Shown piece after piece: positions 61,093-64,000 of a stretch of DNA of 64,000 nt. Source of the DNA: an uncultured Nitrospiraceae bacterium (GTDB lineage: Bacteria; Nitrospirota; Thermodesulfovibrionia; Thermodesulfovibrionales; Dissulfurispiraceae). Both the position numbers and the translations under genes were made by a program. The DNA lies in assembly GCA_963727805.1 (NCBI GenBank), contig CAVSHF010000003.1, forward strand, positions 1,184,001 through 1,248,000, given 5' to 3'. Each line of letters starts with the position of its first letter. Position 1 is the stretch's first letter. The notes under the pieces were generated by a model that was given only the letters and a program-made list of their open reading frames with translations, was not told where the DNA came from and made no database searches.

Positions 61093-62305
61093 TCGTTCCA
61101 CCAAATCCGAAAGAATTGGATAATGCATAATCGACGTTGAGCTGCCTGGCTTTATGAGGAACATAATCGAGATCACATTCTGGATCAGGATTGTCAAGGT
61201 TAACCGTCGGCAGCACAATGCTGTTGAAAATGCTGAGCACACTTAGGATGGCCTCAACGCCTCCCGAGGCACCAAGCAGATGTCCCATCATCGATTTTGT
61301 CGAGCTTACACAGAGCTTATAGGCGTGCGTGCCGAATACCTTTTTGATCGCCATGGTCTCCAGTTCATCACCAAATTTAGTCGAGGTCCCATGAGCATTG
61401 ATGTAATTAATTTGTTCGGGTCCTATAGCTGCGTCCTTCAGCGCAGCCTTCATGCACCGTGCAGCACCCTCGCCTTCCGGCGCAGGAGATGAAATATGGT
61501 AAGCATCCCCGGACATCCCGTAGCCAATGATTTCGGCATATATTTTTGCATTGCGGGAAAGGGCGCTCTCAAGGCTCTCAACTACCAAAATCCCCGTGCC
61601 TTCTCCCAAGACAAAGCCGTCACGACCCGCATCAAAGGGCCTGCTTGCTCTTCCGGGCTCTTGGTTGCGCGTAGAGAGGGCCTTCATCGCCGCAAATCCC
61701 GCCACTGCGAGGGGACATATGACTGCCTCTGAACCTCCGGCGAACATTACATCGGCCTCGCCCCTCTGTATTATTCTGAAAGCCTCGCCGATAGCGTGGC
61801 TTCCTGTTGCGCAGGCGGTCACCACTGATGCATTCGGTCCCTTTGCGCCGAGATAAATCGATACATTTCCGGAAGCTAAATTGATACAGACCATGGGGAT
61901 GAAAAAAGGCGAAACCCTGCGGTGCCCTTTTTCGAGCAAGGCCTTATGATAGTACTCGATGCTTTTAAGTCCCCCAATGCCCGAGCCGATGAATACGCCG
62001 ACTCTTTCGGCGTTCTCCGGTGTGATCTTGAATCCCGAGTCCTCTGACGCCATCATCGAAGCAGCCATTGCAAAATGGATGAAGCGGTCCATCTTCTTGA
62101 TTTCCTTTGCTTCGATGTACTGGGCCGCGTCGAAGTCCTTCACCTCGCCGGCGATACGCACGGGATAGGTCGACGCATCGAATTGCGTAATGAGACCGAT
62201 GCCCACCTTCCCTGCAACAGCCGCATTCCAAGATGCCTCGACACCAATACCAAGCGGCGAGATGAGACCCAGACCAGTTATAACTACTCTTCTCTTCTCG
62301 CTCAT
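61061..62305 (-). CDS. fabF: Beta-ketoacyl-ACP synthase II
   Basis: [29 protein letters not shown]. Confidence 0.96.
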   Translation of the reverse strand: MSEKRRVVITGLGLISPLGIGVEASWNAAVAGKVGIGLITQFDASTYPVRIAGEVKDFDAAQYIEAKEIKKMDRFIHFAMAASMMASEDSGFKITPENAERVGVFIGSGIGGLKSIEYYHKALLEKGHRRVSPFFIPMVCINLASGNVSIYLGAKGPNASVVTACATGSHAIGEAFRIIQRGEADVMFAGGSEAVICPLAVAGFAAMKALSTRNQEPGRASRPFDAGRDGFVLGEGTGILVVESLESALSRNAKIYAEIIGYGMSGDAYHISSPAPEGEGAARCMKAALKDAAIGPEQINYINAHGTSTKFGDELETMAIKKVFGTHAYKLCVSSTKSMMGHLLGASGGVEAILSVLSIFNSIVLPTVNLDNPDPECDLDYVPHKARQLNVDYALSNSFGFGGTNACLIFKKYL

Positions 62306-62311
62306 CAGGCC

Positions 62312-62539
62312 TTAGACTTTTTTTGTAATATATTCGATCGCGTCTTTGACCTTGGCTATTTTCTCTGCATCTTCGTCCGGAATCTCGATATTGAAGGCCT
62401 CTTCAAAAGCCATTACGAGTTCGACCGTATCGAGTGAATCGGCGCCGAGGTCTTCGACGAAAGATGCCTCGGATGTGACTTCCGCCTGATCAACTCCAAG
62501 CTGTTTAGAAATAATCTCTTTGACTTTCTCCTCTACCAT
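62312..62539 (-). CDS. acpP: Acyl carrier protein (housekeeping)
   Basis: [18 protein letters not shown]. Confidence 0.97.
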   Translation of the reverse strand: MVEEKVKEIISKQLGVDQAEVTSEASFVEDLGADSLDTVELVMAFEEAFNIEIPDEDAEKIAKVKDAIEYITKKV

Positions 62540-62609
62540 TATGTCCCTCCATTTGTTTTTTGTCTTTTGAGCTGATATCTATGCGGGGATTTATTCCCGC
62601 TTTCCAGAT

Positions 62610-63344
62610 CTACATATACATTCCGCCGTTTATATGAATTACCTGCCCAGTAATGTATCCGGTTTCGGGCGCCGCAAAAAAAGCGACGGCATTAGCAACA
62701 TCTTCGACCGTACCGAAACGGCCCATGGGGATCGATTTCATCATTTCGTCCCTTACATTTTCGGGTAAGGCATCGGTCATCGCGGTCGTAATAAAGCCGG
62801 GAGCAACAGCATTGGCCGTCACACCCCTACTCGCATACTCCCTCGCGGTGGTCTTGGTGAGTCCGACGATTCCCGCCTTTGAAGCGCCGTAATTGGCCTG
62901 TCCCGGATTCCCCATAAAGGCCACAACGGACGCTATGTTGACAATCCTTCCGTACCGCTGCCTCGACATCAGCCTAATCGCTTCCTTCGAGCAGAGGAAT
63001 GTCCCTTTCAAATTGATATTAAGAACAGCATCCCAATCCTCTTCCTTCATCCTCATTAATAGAGCGTCTCGCGTGATGCCGGCATTGTTGACGAGGATCT
63101 CGACCTTTTCGAACTCCTTTAGAGCAGTCTGGAAAAGCGCGCTTACATCAGCAGCGTTCGATACATCGGCCCTGGCGGGGATGCTCCTTACGCCGAGGGT
63201 TGTGATGTAGTCGGCAGTTTCCTTTGCTATGTCAAGATTGACGTCGACGACTATGATGTTGACTCCTCGGCGTGCCAGTGTCTCGGCTATGGCTTTGCCA
63301 ATTCCGCGACCACCTCCGGTGATTACCGCTGTCTGTCCCTTCAT
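62610..63344 (-). CDS. fabG: 3-oxoacyl-ACP reductase
   Basis: GGGRGIG, NNAGITRD, YGASK. Confidence 0.95.
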   Translation of the reverse strand: MKGQTAVITGGGRGIGKAIAETLARRGVNIIVVDVNLDIAKETADYITTLGVRSIPARADVSNAADVSALFQTALKEFEKVEILVNNAGITRDALLMRMKEEDWDAVLNINLKGTFLCSKEAIRLMSRQRYGRIVNIASVVAFMGNPGQANYGASKAGIVGLTKTTAREYASRGVTANAVAPGFITTAMTDALPENVRDEMMKSIPMGRFGTVEDVANAVAFFAAPETGYITGQVIHINGGMYM

Positions 63345-63440
63345 AAAACCCCTCCTGGGAAAAAATCGGCTTTCATTTTAACAGAGTAGTATACCTATTT
63401 CAAGTCGAAAATATCCAAGTGGCACACTCAATGAGTTGGG

Positions 63441-64000
63441 TTATAATCCCACCACTATATTATCGATCAACCGGGTATTCCCAATTTTTACTGCGATGGC
63501 AAGGAGATTTCTCTTTCCCGTCGCCATTCTTTCATTCAGCGTGTCGGGATCATAGATCCCTGCATACTGCAACTCGGTGACAAGAGGTTCCATTATCAGC
63601 CTTTCCTGCATGTGCTCCTTGATGACTCTCGGTTCTATGCCCTTTTCGACCATCCGTGCCGCTGATTGGAGTGTTTTATAAAGGATCGGCGCAGCTTCTC
63701 TTTCAGCCGGCAAAAGGTAGCGGTTTCTCGAGCTCATGGCCAGCCCGTCGCGCTCCCGAACCGTTGCGCAGGAGATACTTTCAACATTCAGATTGAGGTC
63801 GCTAATCATTTTTTGAATGATCCGTGCCTGCTGAAAGTCCTTTTGTCCGAAATAAGCCCTTGTCGGCAGGACCATATTAAAGAACTTACACACAATAGTC
63901 GCGACTCCGTTGAAATGATCCGACCTGAAGGCGCCGCAGAGTTTTTCTGAAAGCCCCTTAACCTCGACAGATGTCGAAAAACCTTCCGGGTACATGGCCG
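63441..64000 (-). CDS. panC: Pantothenate synthetase, 5' end outside window
   Basis: HFNGV, YFGQKD, GLAMSSRN, RLIDN. Confidence 0.93.
   Translation of the reverse strand, partial: AMYPEGFSTSVEVKGLSEKLCGAFRSDHFNGVATIVCKFFNMVLPTRAYFGQKDFQQARIIQKMISDLNLNVESISCATVRERDGLAMSSRNRYLLPAEREAAPILYKTLQSAARMVEKGIEPRVIKEHMQERLIMEPLVTELQYAGIYDPDTLNERMATGKRNLLAIAVKIGNTRLIDNIVVGL

Noticed and set aside
1..64000. CRISPR arrays, tRNA/rRNA, IS elements, selenocysteine UGA readthrough
   Set aside because: I saw no periodic repeats, cloverleafs, transposase motifs or conserved genes interrupted by TGA; subtle cases could be missed by eye.

Overview
Bacterial chromosomal segment. Gene content suggests an anaerobe of Nitrospirota/Desulfobacterota type (inference). 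Bases 1-25231 hold a specialised type II FAS/PKS lipid cluster that runs off the left edge. It is a tightly coupled minus-strand operon of about 23.6 kb with 3 active ketosynthases, 2 chain-length-factor-like KS homologues, 3 ACPs, FabG, a hotdog dehydratase, a thioesterase, an aryl-CoA ligase, 2 acyltransferases, a GT2-DUF2062 protein, an MMPL/LolA/lipoprotein export set, a phytoene-desaturase-like enzyme, an FAD oxidoreductase and a condensation-like acyltransferase. It also has 2 B12 radical SAM enzymes and a radical SAM/SPASM-dehydratase fusion, plus a divergent third B12 radical SAM gene. The cluster combines aryl-polyene-type genes with the gene set of ladderane-candidate clusters; its product cannot be determined from sequence. 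The rest is a small accessory patch (VOC proteins, a frameshifted gene, DUF362, an M1-ChaN-PDZ fusion) and housekeeping or signalling genes: glgP, HD-GYP, hflX (probable ATA start), ahbD-like/hemE/purN/rsmD/coaD, pepF, htpG, S1, yedF, two HDOD proteins, a Mur ligase, SphA- and spinster-type transporters, rnc-fabF-acpP-fabG and panC. I recognised no rRNA, tRNA, CRISPR array or transposase. All family calls come from motifs read by eye; no database search was run.
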